Origin: Gammaproteobacteria bacterium
GTDB taxonomy: Bacteria > Pseudomonadota > Gammaproteobacteria > Ga0077536
NCBI GenBank assembly: GCA_040220855.1
Contig: JAVJVZ010000076.1
Coordinates: forward strand, 26,220-90,219
DNA: 64,000 nt
Direction of reading: 5' to 3'
The translations under genes and the position numbers were made by a program. Below are positions 1-9,937 of the stretch, one piece after another (positions within the stretch are counted from its first letter, which is position 1; the number at the start of each line of letters is the position of its first letter). The notes beneath the pieces are model-generated. The model was not told where the DNA came from, ran no database searches, and saw nothing but the letters and a program-made list of their open reading frames with translations.

Positions 1-852
1 CGCGACTGCCGGGCACCGACCTTCTTCCACGCGCGCCCCTTGTCGGACCCTTTCGGTGGTACCGATCTCGCCAACGGCCGTCACCCGAGCCGCATGTTCG
101 AACCCACGCCAGCCGCCGGCGCGCCGGCCGAGACGATGTACCTCTTCCTCGGTTCGCTGCAGTTCTCCGATGCCTGCCTGCGCCTCTACGGACATCCGCA
201 GCTGCTCGCCGTCGCTGCCGCGGTCAACGGCGCCGATTTCACGCCGTTCAACGAGGCGGTGTGGATCAAGCATCCCGGCCTCGGCGCCTCGGTCGCGTGG
301 CACCAGGACGGCGTCACCCACTGGGACAGTCCCGACCTCGATGCCGGTACGCACGGCTTCAATTTCATGGCCCAGCTCTACGGCTGCACGGCGTCCAACG
401 GCGTGTGGGTGGTACCGGGTTCGCACGCGCGCGGCAAGGTCGACATCGCCGCGCTGGTCGCGGCGGCCGGTTCCGAACGCCTGCCCGACGCCGTACCCAT
501 CCTGTGCGACCCCGGCGACGTCGCCATGTGCAACCGGCAGGTCGTGCACGGATCGTTCGCCAATGTCAGCCGCGATACCCGCGTGACCATCAACTTCGGT
601 TTCCATCGCCGCGCCTCGGTGCTCGATGTTACCGCGGGCGGGGTACACAACGAGCCGGCCATCTACGACGCCGCGCGCATCCGCCACCGCGCGCGGCTCA
701 TTGCCTACGCGATCGACGCCAGGCGCCAGCGCTTTCCCGACGAGACGCCTTACGAATACGCGCCGCTTGCCGCAGCCTGCGACGAGTGGCGCTGGAGCGA
801 GGCCGCGCGGGCCGATCTCCACGATTACAACCTGCATGACCTCAGCATCTGA
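1..852 (+). CDS. Phytanoyl-CoA dioxygenase (PhyH) family Fe(II)/2-oxoglutarate oxygenase, probably 5'-truncated by the window edge
   Basis: ORF 40..852 in frame 1 is open back to nt 1. It carries a WHQDG..H motif typical of PhyH-family oxygenases (double-stranded beta-helix fold), placed about 87 aa into the ORF, which suggests missing N-terminus. Confidence 0.65.
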   Translation, partial: RDCRAPTFFHARPLSDPFGGTDLANGRHPSRMFEPTPAAGAPAETMYLFLGSLQFSDACLRLYGHPQLLAVAAAVNGADFTPFNEAVWIKHPGLGASVAWHQDGVTHWDSPDLDAGTHGFNFMAQLYGCTASNGVWVVPGSHARGKVDIAALVAAAGSERLPDAVPILCDPGDVAMCNRQVVHGSFANVSRDTRVTINFGFHRRASVLDVTAGGVHNEPAIYDAARIRHRARLIAYAIDARRQRFPDETPYEYAPLAAACDEWRWSEAARADLHDYNLHDLSI

Positions 853-993
853 GCGGGGCGCGTTCCTGACCCGGCTCAGCATCGCTGCGCACGCGCCGGC
901 ATAGAGTGTGAACCAAGACCCGCGGCCCGTCGTAGCACGCGTCGAGCGCAACGTGCGCACATGGCGTCATGAAGGATACAGGGAGGTCTCAAG

Positions 994-1383
994 GTGTCTT
1001 ATCGTCTGAGCAGTACGCCCGATGCGCATCTTGTCCAGCTGACCTTCGAGCAGCAGTCGAATGCGGCCGAACGCCGCGAGGCCTACACCGCACTCGGAGC
1101 GCTGGTGGCCGAGGATGGTGCGACAAAGGCACTGATTGACGTCACGCACCTGCGCGCCACCTATGCCACCATGGTCTCTTACGACCACGCGGTTCAGCTC
1201 GCCGAGCGCATGCCGCCCGGCCTGCGTCTCGCCGTGTTGCTGTCAGCCGACCCGGCGCAACTCGGCGCAGCGAGTTTCGTGCGCGACGTCGCCAACAACC
1301 GCGGGCTCGCGATGGAGCTGTTCAGCACGCGCGATGATGCGCTCGACTGGCTGGGCGTGACGGCAGGTGCCGGCACGCTCTGA
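994..1383 (+). CDS. hypothetical protein (129 aa)
   Basis: Clean ORF with GTG start preceded by GGGAGG RBS. No family confidently recognised. Confidence 0.45.
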   Translation: MSYRLSSTPDAHLVQLTFEQQSNAAERREAYTALGALVAEDGATKALIDVTHLRATYATMVSYDHAVQLAERMPPGLRLAVLLSADPAQLGAASFVRDVANNRGLAMELFSTRDDALDWLGVTAGAGTL

Positions 1384-1427
1384 GCCGGCGCGCACGGGTT
1401 GCATCGCCGGCTGCCGGTGCGGCAGGC

Positions 1428-1772
1428 TCAGCGTGGCTGTTCGAGACGTTCCGCGCAGGCCACGCAGACCAGTGTCGTCGGATCGATGTCGAGGCGCTCC
1501 GTGGGGATCGCTTCCCCGCATTTGACGCAGAAGCCGAATTCGCCCTCGTCGAGGCGCGCGAGCGCGGAGCCGATGCGGGTCAGCTCGAGCCGGCGCCGCT
1601 CGGCGGTGGCGCGTGCCATGGCCTGGTCCTGCAGGGCATCCATGCGCGTGAGGCGGCCGAGGCGGGTCTGGTCGAGCTCGACGGTCGCGGCTGCGGCGGC
1701 GCCTTCCTCGGCGACGCCCTCGATCTCGGCGCGGCGCGCCAGCAGGCGCTGGCGGAAGTGGCTGCTGTTCAT
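1428..1772 (-). CDS. TraR/DksA family C4-type zinc-finger transcriptional regulator
   Basis: C-terminal CVKCGEAIP...CVAC four-cysteine zinc finger and DksA-like coiled-coil region. Internal Met (MNSSHF...) chosen as start with GGAGAA RBS; the longer N-terminal extension of the ORF looks spurious. Confidence 0.7.
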   Translation of the reverse strand: MNSSHFRQRLLARRAEIEGVAEEGAAAAATVELDQTRLGRLTRMDALQDQAMARATAERRRLELTRIGSALARLDEGEFGFCVKCGEAIPTERLDIDPTTLVCVACAERLEQPR

Positions 1773-1949
1773 GTTCTCCCCTTGCGGACGCGGATGGGCA
1801 GTGTCGCCGCGCGTTCGTCGTACACGCGGCACGCCCAGTGTGTGTCGTTCGAACCCTACGCCGATCGCGCGCCGATTACGAACCCCCGCGCCGGCCACGC
1901 TCTGCTATCTTGCCCGGCCGTTATTGCTTCTCAAGTGGGAGGTTCCGAC

Positions 1950-2810
1950 ATGACTGCCGTCACCGAGGTGCGCCCGCGCCGCAGCTTCCTGTTCGTGCCC
2001 GGCACCGGCACGCAGATGTTCGCCAAGGCGGTCGCGGCCGGTCCCGACATCGTCTGTGTCGATCTCGAGGATGCCGTGGCACCGCCGCACAAGACACAGG
2101 CGCGACGCGACACCCTCGCATTGTTTGCCGGCATGACGGCCCTGCCCGCATGCGAGACGCTCATTCGCGTCAACGGGCTGCGCAGCCGCGAGGGACTGGA
2201 GGATCTGCTCGCCATTCTAGACTGCGCGCACCCGCCCCACGGGTTGATGCTGCCCAAGGTCAAGCATGCGGAAGAGATCGCGCAGCTCGACGAGATTCTC
2301 ACTGCTGCCGGCAGCACGCTGCGCCTGCAGGTGATCATCGAGACCAACGAAGGGCTCGAACACGCGCACGCCATCGCGGGCGCGAGCCCGCGCATCGACG
2401 CGCTCCTGTTCGGCGCCATCGACATGGCGGCGGAACTCCGCGTCGAGCCGAGCTGGGACGCCTTGCTCTACGCGCGCTCACGGCTGGTCCATGCAGCCGC
2501 CGCGGCCGGTATCGACCTCATCGACGTGCCCTTCCTCGACCTCGAGGACGCCGTCGGCCTCGAACAGGCGGCAGCGCGCGCCTGCGCGCTCGGCATGACC
2601 GGGAAGGGCGCGATACACCCGAAACAGTTGCCGGTGATCACGCGCTGTTTCACCCCGGATGCGGCTGCCGTGGCTCATGCGCGCCGCATCATCGAGGCCT
2701 TCGAGGCCGCCGACGGCGGCCTCGTGGTGGTCGATGGCAAACTGATCGAGAAGCCGGTACTGCGCTCGATGGCGCGCGTCCTCGCCGTCGCTGCGCGCGG
2801 CAGCGCCTGA
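1950..2810 (+). CDS. HpcH/HpaI aldolase / citrate-lyase beta (CitE)-like acyl-CoA lyase family protein
   Basis: ~286 aa; pattern FVPG...VCVDLEDAV...LMLPKV...IETNEG is typical of the CitE/malyl-CoA lyase TIM-barrel. GGGAGG RBS 8 nt upstream of ATG. Confidence 0.75.
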   Translation: MTAVTEVRPRRSFLFVPGTGTQMFAKAVAAGPDIVCVDLEDAVAPPHKTQARRDTLALFAGMTALPACETLIRVNGLRSREGLEDLLAILDCAHPPHGLMLPKVKHAEEIAQLDEILTAAGSTLRLQVIIETNEGLEHAHAIAGASPRIDALLFGAIDMAAELRVEPSWDALLYARSRLVHAAAAAGIDLIDVPFLDLEDAVGLEQAAARACALGMTGKGAIHPKQLPVITRCFTPDAAAVAHARRIIEAFEAADGGLVVVDGKLIEKPVLRSMARVLAVAARGSA

Positions 2811-2827
2811 GCGCGGGCCGGCTCCGC

Positions 2828-3910
2828 TCAGCGGAACGCCGGCATCACGTGGGTGGCGAAGTCCTCCAGCACCTTGCGCTCGCAATCCATCGGCGGCCAC
2901 AGTGCGATCTCGCGGATGCCGCTCGCCTCGAGCTGCCTGACGTGCTCGATGATCGCATCGGGCTCACCGACCAGGCAGCCGTTGGCGATGGCAGCCGGGG
3001 TGACGTACTTGCGCTCCTCCGGCTGCAGGTAGACGAGGTGGCCGTCGTGGACCTGGCGGAAACGCGCATCCTCCGGCAGGCTCATTGCGTCGACGCGTGC
3101 CAGGTAATCCGGCCACACGTCGCGGAAGTGATCGGGAATGAGGGCATCGTCGCGGCCGTTGTCCTTCCATACCTCGTAATAGAAGTGCAGCTCGCAGCCG
3201 ACCCAGCTGCCGGTCTCGTCGATGACACGCGCGTCGGTGAGTCGTTCCCCCGGCGCCAGCACGCAGCTCGTGGTAATGAAGGCGGTGTGGAAGTCGGGCG
3301 GCAGCGCGCGTCCGGCCGCCTCGGCGCCGGCGCGGATCTGCGCGAGCTTCGGTTCGAACACGGCCGGCTCGCCGCCGACGGTGATGAAACCGTCGCCCAG
3401 TTCACCGGCGAGTGCGAGCGCGCGCGGACCGTTGGCGGCGACGTAGATGGGGATGCGTTCGTCGAGATTGAGAAAACGCCGCTCGCGGTGCAGGAACTGG
3501 ATTTCGCGCGTGCGACCTTCGTAGGTGTAGTCGACCGCTTCGCCATCGAGCAGCGCACGCACCACGCGCAGGTACTCGCCGAAGGCCTTTACCTTCATCG
3601 AGTTCTGGCCCATCACGCGCATCGCGGTATGCCCGGTGCCGAGGCCGAGGAAGGTGCGCCCCGGCGCCAGTGCGTTGATGGATGCGATCGAATGCGCGGT
3701 GACCGGGGCGATGCGCGTCCCGGTAATGGCGACGCCGGTACCGATCTCGATGCGTGAAGTGTGTTCTGCGGCGAGCGCGAGTACCGCGTAGCAGTCGGAC
3801 CAGATCATCTGCGAGTCGCCGACCCACGCGCGATCGTAGCCGAGCGTCTCCGCGAATTGGATGATCTCCCAGTTATTGATGTGCGCGCTGACGCCGATGC
3901 CGAATTGCAT
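2828..3910 (-). CDS. LLM-class (luciferase-like) flavin-dependent oxidoreductase
   Basis: 360 aa; bacterial luciferase-like TIM-barrel signatures (FGIGV..., ...LGLGTG...). Last gene of a minus-strand operon. Confidence 0.8.
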   Translation of the reverse strand: MQFGIGVSAHINNWEIIQFAETLGYDRAWVGDSQMIWSDCYAVLALAAEHTSRIEIGTGVAITGTRIAPVTAHSIASINALAPGRTFLGLGTGHTAMRVMGQNSMKVKAFGEYLRVVRALLDGEAVDYTYEGRTREIQFLHRERRFLNLDERIPIYVAANGPRALALAGELGDGFITVGGEPAVFEPKLAQIRAGAEAAGRALPPDFHTAFITTSCVLAPGERLTDARVIDETGSWVGCELHFYYEVWKDNGRDDALIPDHFRDVWPDYLARVDAMSLPEDARFRQVHDGHLVYLQPEERKYVTPAAIANGCLVGEPDAIIEHVRQLEASGIREIALWPPMDCERKVLEDFATHVMPAFR

Positions 3911-3976
3911 GTCGTGACCTCCCCTTGAACGTGGCTTGCGATTAGACCATGCCGCAACGCGAGGCGGCAGCGGGTA

Positions 3977-4999
3977 TCAGGCGCGCAAGGCCTCGATCAG
4001 GCGCCCGCAGCGTTCGATACCCGACGCCGTCCACGGGTGCGGCATGAGCGAGACGTGCTCGACGCCGAGCGCGGCGTAGGCGGCGAGCTGCTCGGCGATG
4101 GCGAGCGTGCCGCCGGCAAAGGGGCGGGCGCCGGGCACCGGGTAAGGGTCGCGGGTGAGGTTGACGCCGACAGTGGCGTGGCGCGCGAGCGTGGCCGGAT
4201 CGCGTCCGCGTGCGAGGCAGGCTGCCTCGATCGGTGCCCACGCGCGTTGCCAGGCGGCCGTCGAGGCATCGCCGAAGGCGAGCATGGTGTTCCACATCGC
4301 GGCGTGCTCGGCGACCAGGCGCGACATGCGTGGCCGGCCTTCGAGTGACCCGATCATGATCGGCGGCCCGCCAGCGCGTGCTGCTTTCGGCAGCAGCGCG
4401 GCTTGCTCGCAGCGGTGCCACGCGCCGTCGAAGCTGACCGTCTCACCGCGCAGCAGCGGCGCGATGATCGCGAGTGCCTCCTCGAAGCGCCCGACGCGGT
4501 GATCGAAGGGATAACCGAAGGCGCGGTGCTCGGTCGCGAAGTCGCCGGCGCCGAGACCGAGAATGAGGCGCCCATCGGCGAGATCGTCGACGGTGTCGGC
4601 CATGCGCGCGAGCAGCGCCGGGTTGCGGAAGCCCGTGTTGCACACGAGCGTACCGAGGCGGACGCGAGCGGTCGCCTGGGCGATCGCGGCGAGCATGGTC
4701 CAGCATTCCCACTGGCCGTTCTTGATGCCGGCAAAATCCGCCGGCAGCTCGACCCCGACGACGCGGAAGTCGTCGTAAGGTTCGTAGAAGAAATGATCGC
4801 TCATCCACACGCTGTCGAAGCCGACCTGTTCGGCAAGCCGGGCGAGCGTGACGACATCACCCGCGCGCGGCGTGACGCCGTCCATTGCCGCGGTCCAGCT
4901 CGGCAGCAGCAGGCCGAGTCGGAGATTGGCCGGTGCGACGGTGCCGGCGGTCGACCTGGCCATGGTGGGTGTCTCCTTGCGCGCTGCCGGCGCGCTCAC
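3977..4999 (-). CDS. LLM-class flavin-dependent oxidoreductase
   Basis: Luciferase-like monooxygenase motifs (LGLLLP..., LILGLGAGD). ATGA start/stop overlap with the upstream FAD monooxygenase gene at 4996-4999. An alternative start is Met13 at 4963. Confidence 0.75.
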   Translation of the reverse strand: MSAPAARKETPTMARSTAGTVAPANLRLGLLLPSWTAAMDGVTPRAGDVVTLARLAEQVGFDSVWMSDHFFYEPYDDFRVVGVELPADFAGIKNGQWECWTMLAAIAQATARVRLGTLVCNTGFRNPALLARMADTVDDLADGRLILGLGAGDFATEHRAFGYPFDHRVGRFEEALAIIAPLLRGETVSFDGAWHRCEQAALLPKAARAGGPPIMIGSLEGRPRMSRLVAEHAAMWNTMLAFGDASTAAWQRAWAPIEAACLARGRDPATLARHATVGVNLTRDPYPVPGARPFAGGTLAIAEQLAAYAALGVEHVSLMPHPWTASGIERCGRLIEALRA

Positions 5000-6213
5000 A
5001 ATGCGAGATACGTATGCGGGTCACTTGCCGCGGTCGCGCGCAGCAGGACTTCAGGCTGCCGGTAGTGCGCTGCCTTGGCGCGGGTCGCGGGGTCGTTGCC
5101 CTGCGCGCCGATGTAGCTGCCGAGGTCACGACCCCAGGCGACCACCGCACGGGCGTAGCGCAGCCGGGCACGCTCCCATTCGGCGAGGGCCGAACTGCTG
5201 CCGTCGGCGAGAGCCGCGGCGAACGTGGCGGCATCGTCGGCGGCCTTCGAGACGCCGAGGCCGACGTGCGGGCGCGCGGTCGCGGCAGCGTCCCCAAGCA
5301 GCACGACGCGGTCGTGCAGCAGGCGGTCGCTGCAGAAGTCGAACATGCCCTGCAGAAAGGGTTGACGTGTTGCCGCCACGATCGATTGCACCTGGGGCGC
5401 GAGGTATTCGCGCGCCTCGGCACGCATGGCGGCGATGAGTTCGGCACGGATGAGGTGATGCGGAATACCGCCAGCGTGGTAGTTTCCGTCGCCGTCGGTG
5501 AGGTGATCGGCAAGCACGGCGGCATCCGCCGCGCGGTACCAGCCCCAGTTGTACCAGCGGCTGCCGGGGGTGAGCGTGTCATCGGGGCCGGCCACCAGGT
5601 AGCCGAGCCAGTGACCGCCGGGCGCCATGCAGAAGGCCATGCGGTGGGCCACCTGCGCGAGTACCGCATCCGGCACCAGGGCTTCGTCGATCAACCCGCG
5701 CCAGCCGAAGTAGCCGACGTACTCGGCCTGCGTCTGCGGCGCGACGATGGCGCGTACCGTCGAGCGCGCGCCGTCGGCGCCGAGCAGCCAGTCGGCGTCG
5801 ATGCGGGTACCGTCTTCGAACACCGCCGTGACGCCGTCGCCACGGGGTTCGATCGCGCTCAGGGCCTGGCCACCGTGGTAGCTCGCATCCGGCACCTGCG
5901 CGCGCAGGAAACGGTAGATGAGCCCCCAGGAGGTCATGATCTGGTGCATTTCCTGGGTGTGCAGCACGCTGCCATCGCGGTCGAACATCACGCGACCCTG
6001 GGATGCCACGCCCATCTCGTCGCGCAGCTCGATGCCGGCAGCGCGGACCGCGGCGTAGAGCTCGTCGTGGGTGGCGATGCCGGCACCGCGGTTGGCGAGC
6101 GCTTCGCCGGCGCGCTCGTGAACGGACACGGCGAAGCCGCGCGCGCGCAGCGCGATGGCGGCAAACAGGCCCGCCATCGAGCCCCCGATGACGACCACGC
6201 GGGCTGTGCTCAC
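4996..6213 (-). CDS. FAD-dependent aromatic-ring / flavoprotein monooxygenase (UbiH / salicylate-hydroxylase-like)
   Basis: N-terminal VVVIGGSMAGL dinucleotide fold, GADGARSTVR (DG) and LLGDAAATARPHVGLGVSKAADDA (GD) motifs. Start overlaps the stop of the upstream esterase gene. Confidence 0.85.
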   Translation of the reverse strand: MSTARVVVIGGSMAGLFAAIALRARGFAVSVHERAGEALANRGAGIATHDELYAAVRAAGIELRDEMGVASQGRVMFDRDGSVLHTQEMHQIMTSWGLIYRFLRAQVPDASYHGGQALSAIEPRGDGVTAVFEDGTRIDADWLLGADGARSTVRAIVAPQTQAEYVGYFGWRGLIDEALVPDAVLAQVAHRMAFCMAPGGHWLGYLVAGPDDTLTPGSRWYNWGWYRAADAAVLADHLTDGDGNYHAGGIPHHLIRAELIAAMRAEAREYLAPQVQSIVAATRQPFLQGMFDFCSDRLLHDRVVLLGDAAATARPHVGLGVSKAADDAATFAAALADGSSSALAEWERARLRYARAVVAWGRDLGSYIGAQGNDPATRAKAAHYRQPEVLLRATAASDPHTYLAL

Positions 6214-7145
6214 GCGGCGAATGCCCGTCGCAGTGCCGCCGCCGCGCGGTCGAGCGCGACGATGCCGGTGTCGATGCGGCCGCCCATGCGGGCGAAGCCG
6301 TGGATCATGTCGGGATAGTGGTCGTGGGTCACCGTCACGCCTGCGGCAACGAGGCGTTCGGCGTAGGCGATGGCCTCGTCACGGAGGGGGTCGTAGCCCG
6401 CGGTCTGGATCAGCGCCGCGGCGGCGCCGGCAAGGTTGTCGGCGTGCATGGGCGAAGCGCGCCAGTCGGTGACGAGCGCGCGATCGCCGAGATACCAGTC
6501 GGTGAACTGCGCCATGGCGGCGCGTGTCAGCAGGTAGCCGCGCGCATTGTCCCTGAGCGACGCGTTGTCGGCGGCGAGATCGACGGCCGGGTAGATGAGG
6601 AGCTGCAGGGCCAGCGCGACCTCGCCGCGCAGCGCCAGGGCGCTCGCCGCGGCCAGGTTGCCACCGGCGGAATCACCGCCGACGGCGATACGTGCAGGGT
6701 CGACGCCGAGCTCGGCAGCGCCTCGTGCAACCCAGCGCACGCAGGCGACGGCATCATCGAAGGCGGCCGGGAACGGGTGCTCGGGGGCGAGGCGATAATC
6801 GAGCGCGACGATTGCGCAGTCCGCCGTGCCGGCGAGGTAGCGGCACAGGTGGTCGTGGGTGTCGAGACTGCCCACCACCCAGCCGCCGCCGTGGCAGTAC
6901 ACCAGCACCGGGGGCACGCCGTCCTGTGCCCCGCGCCGCGGATGGTACAGGCGCACGGCCAGGTCCGATGCCGGCCCGGGGAACACGAGATCCACGACGC
7001 TCTCCAGGGGCGGCCCGGCATGGCGGTACTGCGCCGTCGTCGCCGCGTAGCCCTTGCGCATCGCACGGTAATCGTCGGCCTCGAACGGTACGCCGGCCGC
7101 GTTGGCGGCATCGACGATGGCCTGTGCCTGCGGATGGAGAGACAT
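6210..7145 (-). CDS. alpha/beta-hydrolase fold esterase/lipase (HSL-like, HGGG + GDSAG)
   Basis: HGGGW oxyanion motif, GDSAGG nucleophile elbow and C-terminal DPLRDE/His. 311 aa from MSLHPQAQ. Confidence 0.8.
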   Translation of the reverse strand: MSLHPQAQAIVDAANAAGVPFEADDYRAMRKGYAATTAQYRHAGPPLESVVDLVFPGPASDLAVRLYHPRRGAQDGVPPVLVYCHGGGWVVGSLDTHDHLCRYLAGTADCAIVALDYRLAPEHPFPAAFDDAVACVRWVARGAAELGVDPARIAVGGDSAGGNLAAASALALRGEVALALQLLIYPAVDLAADNASLRDNARGYLLTRAAMAQFTDWYLGDRALVTDWRASPMHADNLAGAAAALIQTAGYDPLRDEAIAYAERLVAAGVTVTHDHYPDMIHGFARMGGRIDTGIVALDRAAAALRRAFAA

Positions 7146-7198
7146 GCGCCGAAGTATAGCGCCGCGTCCCGACGCGGCGCCGTGCGACTCGCCGAGGC

Positions 7199-7480
7199 CT
7201 ATTCGCCGCCGAGGACGAACACGCTGTCCATCGCCGCGAGGCGGGTGGGAATGATCGCCTGGTACTCCTCGGAGGCATACCAGTCCGCGGCCGCCTGGCG
7301 GGACGGAAACTCGAGTACCACCATGACCTGGTGGGGCGACTCGCCGGCAAGCACCTCGCTCGGGCCGCGGCTGACGACCTTGCCGCCGTGGCTGGTAACG
7401 GTCGGGCCGGCGGCAGCGCCGTATTCCTGCATCTTGTTCTGGTCGAGGACGGTAGCGTGGACGACGACGTAGGCGGTCAT
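7199..7480 (-). CDS. DUF1330 domain protein
   Basis: 93 aa from MTAYVVVHATVLDQ...; resembles the DUF1330 family. GGAGA RBS. Sits directly upstream of the esterase / FAD-MO / LLM operon. Confidence 0.55.
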   Translation of the reverse strand: MTAYVVVHATVLDQNKMQEYGAAAGPTVTSHGGKVVSRGPSEVLAGESPHQVMVVLEFPSRQAAADWYASEEYQAIIPTRLAAMDSVFVLGGE

Positions 7481-7778
7481 GGGTTTCTCCGTGTTGTTGA
7501 CGATACGAGCTGCGATGGGACCGGCGTGTTCGGCAGCCCAGGAGCGCTGTCGCGGAGCGCGCCGAGCTGCCGGCGACGCATTCGGCACCCAACGTGAGTC
7601 GCGGCGCGCGCGCCCGCGTCACCACCGGCTGCCGTGTCGCGTCCTCGCAGCGCCTTACGCGAGGGTGCCCGGCAGCATGTTAGCCGGCCGTGCGGATGGC
7701 GCACAGCCCGCCATGCCGTGGCTGCGGCCGGACGGGTAGTGCGCATTGCTTCACAGATCGACGGCCACCGAGCCCACC

Positions 7779-7816
7779 GTTAACACTCGTTGACAGCCGT
7801 TGACAGCGTGTAACAG
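7779..7816 (+). promoter_or_regulatory. Tandem GTT(G/A)ACA(G/C) repeat / TTGACAG-CGTGT-AACAG motif upstream of the PEP-CTERM gene
   Basis: Sequence seen directly: gttaacac-tc-gttgacag-cc-gttgacag-cgtgtaacag, about 90 nt upstream of the 7904 start. A near-identical motif occurs at 33288-33311. Confidence 0.45.
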
Positions 7817-7903
7817 CGCGTCGCCGTAGAGTCGCCCCATCACGCCGCTGCGGCCAGGCGACCGAGCCGGCAGCGCGACCGAATTCGAAACAGGAACCAA
7901 CCC

Positions 7904-8731
7904 ATGAATCCACGACTTTCCGCTCTGCTCGCTGCCTGCGGCATCGCTTACGGTGGACAGGCCGCGGCCTATCTGATCGACGACGGCGCCGGCGCGGCGG
8001 CGTCGCGCTACCACGGGGGCGACGGCCACGGCTATGGTGACGTCATCGGTGCACCGGCCAAGTTCGACATCCGCGGCGCCGACATCTCGCTCAACGGCAG
8101 CATGCTGACCGTCGACATCTACACCAACCTGGTCGGTAACGCCGGGGTGTTCGCGCCCTACACCGCGCACGGCAAGGGCATCGGCTACGGCGATCTCTTC
8201 CTCGCCAGCAGCTGGAACCCGTTCGGCGTGCCGAACTACGACCAGGACAATCACGCCAACGGCACGGTCTGGGAGTACGCGCTGTCGCTCGATGGCGATC
8301 GTTGGTCGAATGCCGACTACGCGAACTCGGCCACGCTCTACGCGCTCAGCGGCTCGAATGACGCCAGTGCACTGCTCTCCGAGGATCTCATGCAGGGCAA
8401 CGCGGTCTGGCGTGACGGCCAGGAAGTGCTCGTCGACCGCACCGCGCAGAGCATCTCGTCCGTCGGCAGCGGCAATTACAGCGTCTCGGCAGCCGACGAC
8501 CGCATCCGTTACGTCGTCGACATCAGCGGCACCGACCTGTGGTGGAAGCCCGGGCAGACCGAACTCACCATCGCCATGCACTGGGCGATGGACTGCGCCA
8601 ACGACGTCATCGAGGGCGCCGCGATCTTCTTCGACCCGCCGCCCAACACCAGCGTGCCGGAGCCGGCTTCGCTCGGCCTCGCGCTGCTCGGCATCGCGGG
8701 CATGGGGCGTGTGCGCCGCCGGCGCGGCTGA
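7904..8731 (+). CDS. PEP-CTERM sorting-domain secreted protein (exosortase substrate)
   Basis: N-terminal signal peptide. C-terminus ...VPEPASLGLALLGIAGMGRVRRRRG is the canonical PEP motif, then a TM helix, then an Arg cluster. Confidence 0.8.
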   Translation: MNPRLSALLAACGIAYGGQAAAYLIDDGAGAAASRYHGGDGHGYGDVIGAPAKFDIRGADISLNGSMLTVDIYTNLVGNAGVFAPYTAHGKGIGYGDLFLASSWNPFGVPNYDQDNHANGTVWEYALSLDGDRWSNADYANSATLYALSGSNDASALLSEDLMQGNAVWRDGQEVLVDRTAQSISSVGSGNYSVSAADDRIRYVVDISGTDLWWKPGQTELTIAMHWAMDCANDVIEGAAIFFDPPPNTSVPEPASLGLALLGIAGMGRVRRRRG

Positions 8732-8754
8732 GACGCCAGGCACATCACTACCCG

Positions 8755-8784
8755 GACGCCGGCACCCGCCGGCGTCTTCATTTG
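8755..8784 (+). terminator. candidate intrinsic terminator after the PEP-CTERM gene
   Basis: gacgccggc-accc-gccggcgtc hairpin (9-bp stem) followed by ttcatttg. Confidence 0.45.
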
Positions 8785-8848
8785 CAGCGCGCGCAGCGCG
8801 TGCCCATCTCGCGGGTATACTCCTGCGCTCACATGGGGAGGGGCAGGC

Positions 8849-9820
8849 GTGACGCAGGCGATCGTGTTGCACGCACATGGTGGACCGGAGCAGCTCCGCG
8901 CTGCGAGGGTGGAAGTCGGCGCACCGGGCGCGGGCGAAGTGCGCCTGCGCCACACCGGTATCGGCGTCAATTTCGTCGATACCTATTTTCGCCGCGGCCT
9001 CTACCCGGTCGAACTACCCGCCATCATCGGTGACCAGGCCTGCGGCGTGGTGGAGGCGGTCGGGCCCGGCGTGGACGGCCTCGCGGTCGGCGACGCTGTC
9101 GCCTATGCGTCGTGCCCGGGCGCCTATGCCGCCACGCGTATCGCCCCGGCAGCACAGCTGGTTCGCGTACCCGCCGGCGTCGACGCGATGCTGGTTGCAT
9201 CCAGCCTCACGCGCGGCATGACCGCCGAATACCTGCTGTTCCGTCTCCACGCACTCGCGCGCGGGGAGAGCTGCCTGGTCTACGCGGCGGCGGGCGGCAC
9301 CGGCCGCCTGCTCTGCCAATGGGCGCGGCATCTCGGTGCCACCGTCATTGCGGCGGTCGGCGCTGCCAACCGGGTTGCAACCGCGCACGAGGCCGGTGCC
9401 CACCACGTGCTGCTGAACGACGACGCCGACTTCGCCGCGCGCGTGCGCGCGTGGAGCGGCGGGCGCGGTGTCGATGTCGTCTACGACTCGGTCGGCCGCG
9501 ACACCTTCACCCAGTCGCTCGCCTGCCTGCGCCCGCGCGGCCTGATGGTCGCCTACGGCAATGCCTCGGGCGCGCCGGAGCCCTGCGAGGTACTCGCCCT
9601 GGCGCGCCACGGCTCGCTGTTCCTGACGCGTCCGCGCCTGCCCGACTACGTCGCCGATCGCAGCGAGCTGGAACACTGCGCGGGGCGATACTTCGATGCG
9701 CTCGCCGCGGGCGTCGTGCGCCCCAACGCGATTGAACGCTACGCGCTGGCCGACGCGGCGGCGGCACACCTGCACCTCGAGGATCGCGAACGGCTGACCA
9801 CGCCGGTGCTGGTACCCTGA
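8849..9820 (+). CDS. qor: NADPH:quinone oxidoreductase (Qor), zinc-free medium-chain dehydrogenase/reductase (MDR) family
   Basis: 323 aa, VYAAAGGTG Rossmann motif, zeta-crystallin-like. GTG start 5 nt after a GGGGAGGGG RBS. Confidence 0.8.
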   Translation: MTQAIVLHAHGGPEQLRAARVEVGAPGAGEVRLRHTGIGVNFVDTYFRRGLYPVELPAIIGDQACGVVEAVGPGVDGLAVGDAVAYASCPGAYAATRIAPAAQLVRVPAGVDAMLVASSLTRGMTAEYLLFRLHALARGESCLVYAAAGGTGRLLCQWARHLGATVIAAVGAANRVATAHEAGAHHVLLNDDADFAARVRAWSGGRGVDVVYDSVGRDTFTQSLACLRPRGLMVAYGNASGAPEPCEVLALARHGSLFLTRPRLPDYVADRSELEHCAGRYFDALAAGVVRPNAIERYALADAAAAHLHLEDRERLTTPVLVP

Positions 9821-9937
9821 GACGAACGGTGTGACGCGGCGGCGCGGTGCGGCCGCCAGCGCGCGGAGCGTGAGCACACGGCGGTCGGGGGCACACGCGG
9901 CGAGGCCATCAACGCGCCAGGGAGGGAAGGGAAGATC

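Noticed and set aside
1838-3757. 639-aa plus-strand ORF spanning the CitE-like and LLM genes
   Set aside because: It runs out of frame through one real gene and antisense to another, and has a proline/arginine-rich composition. Artefact.
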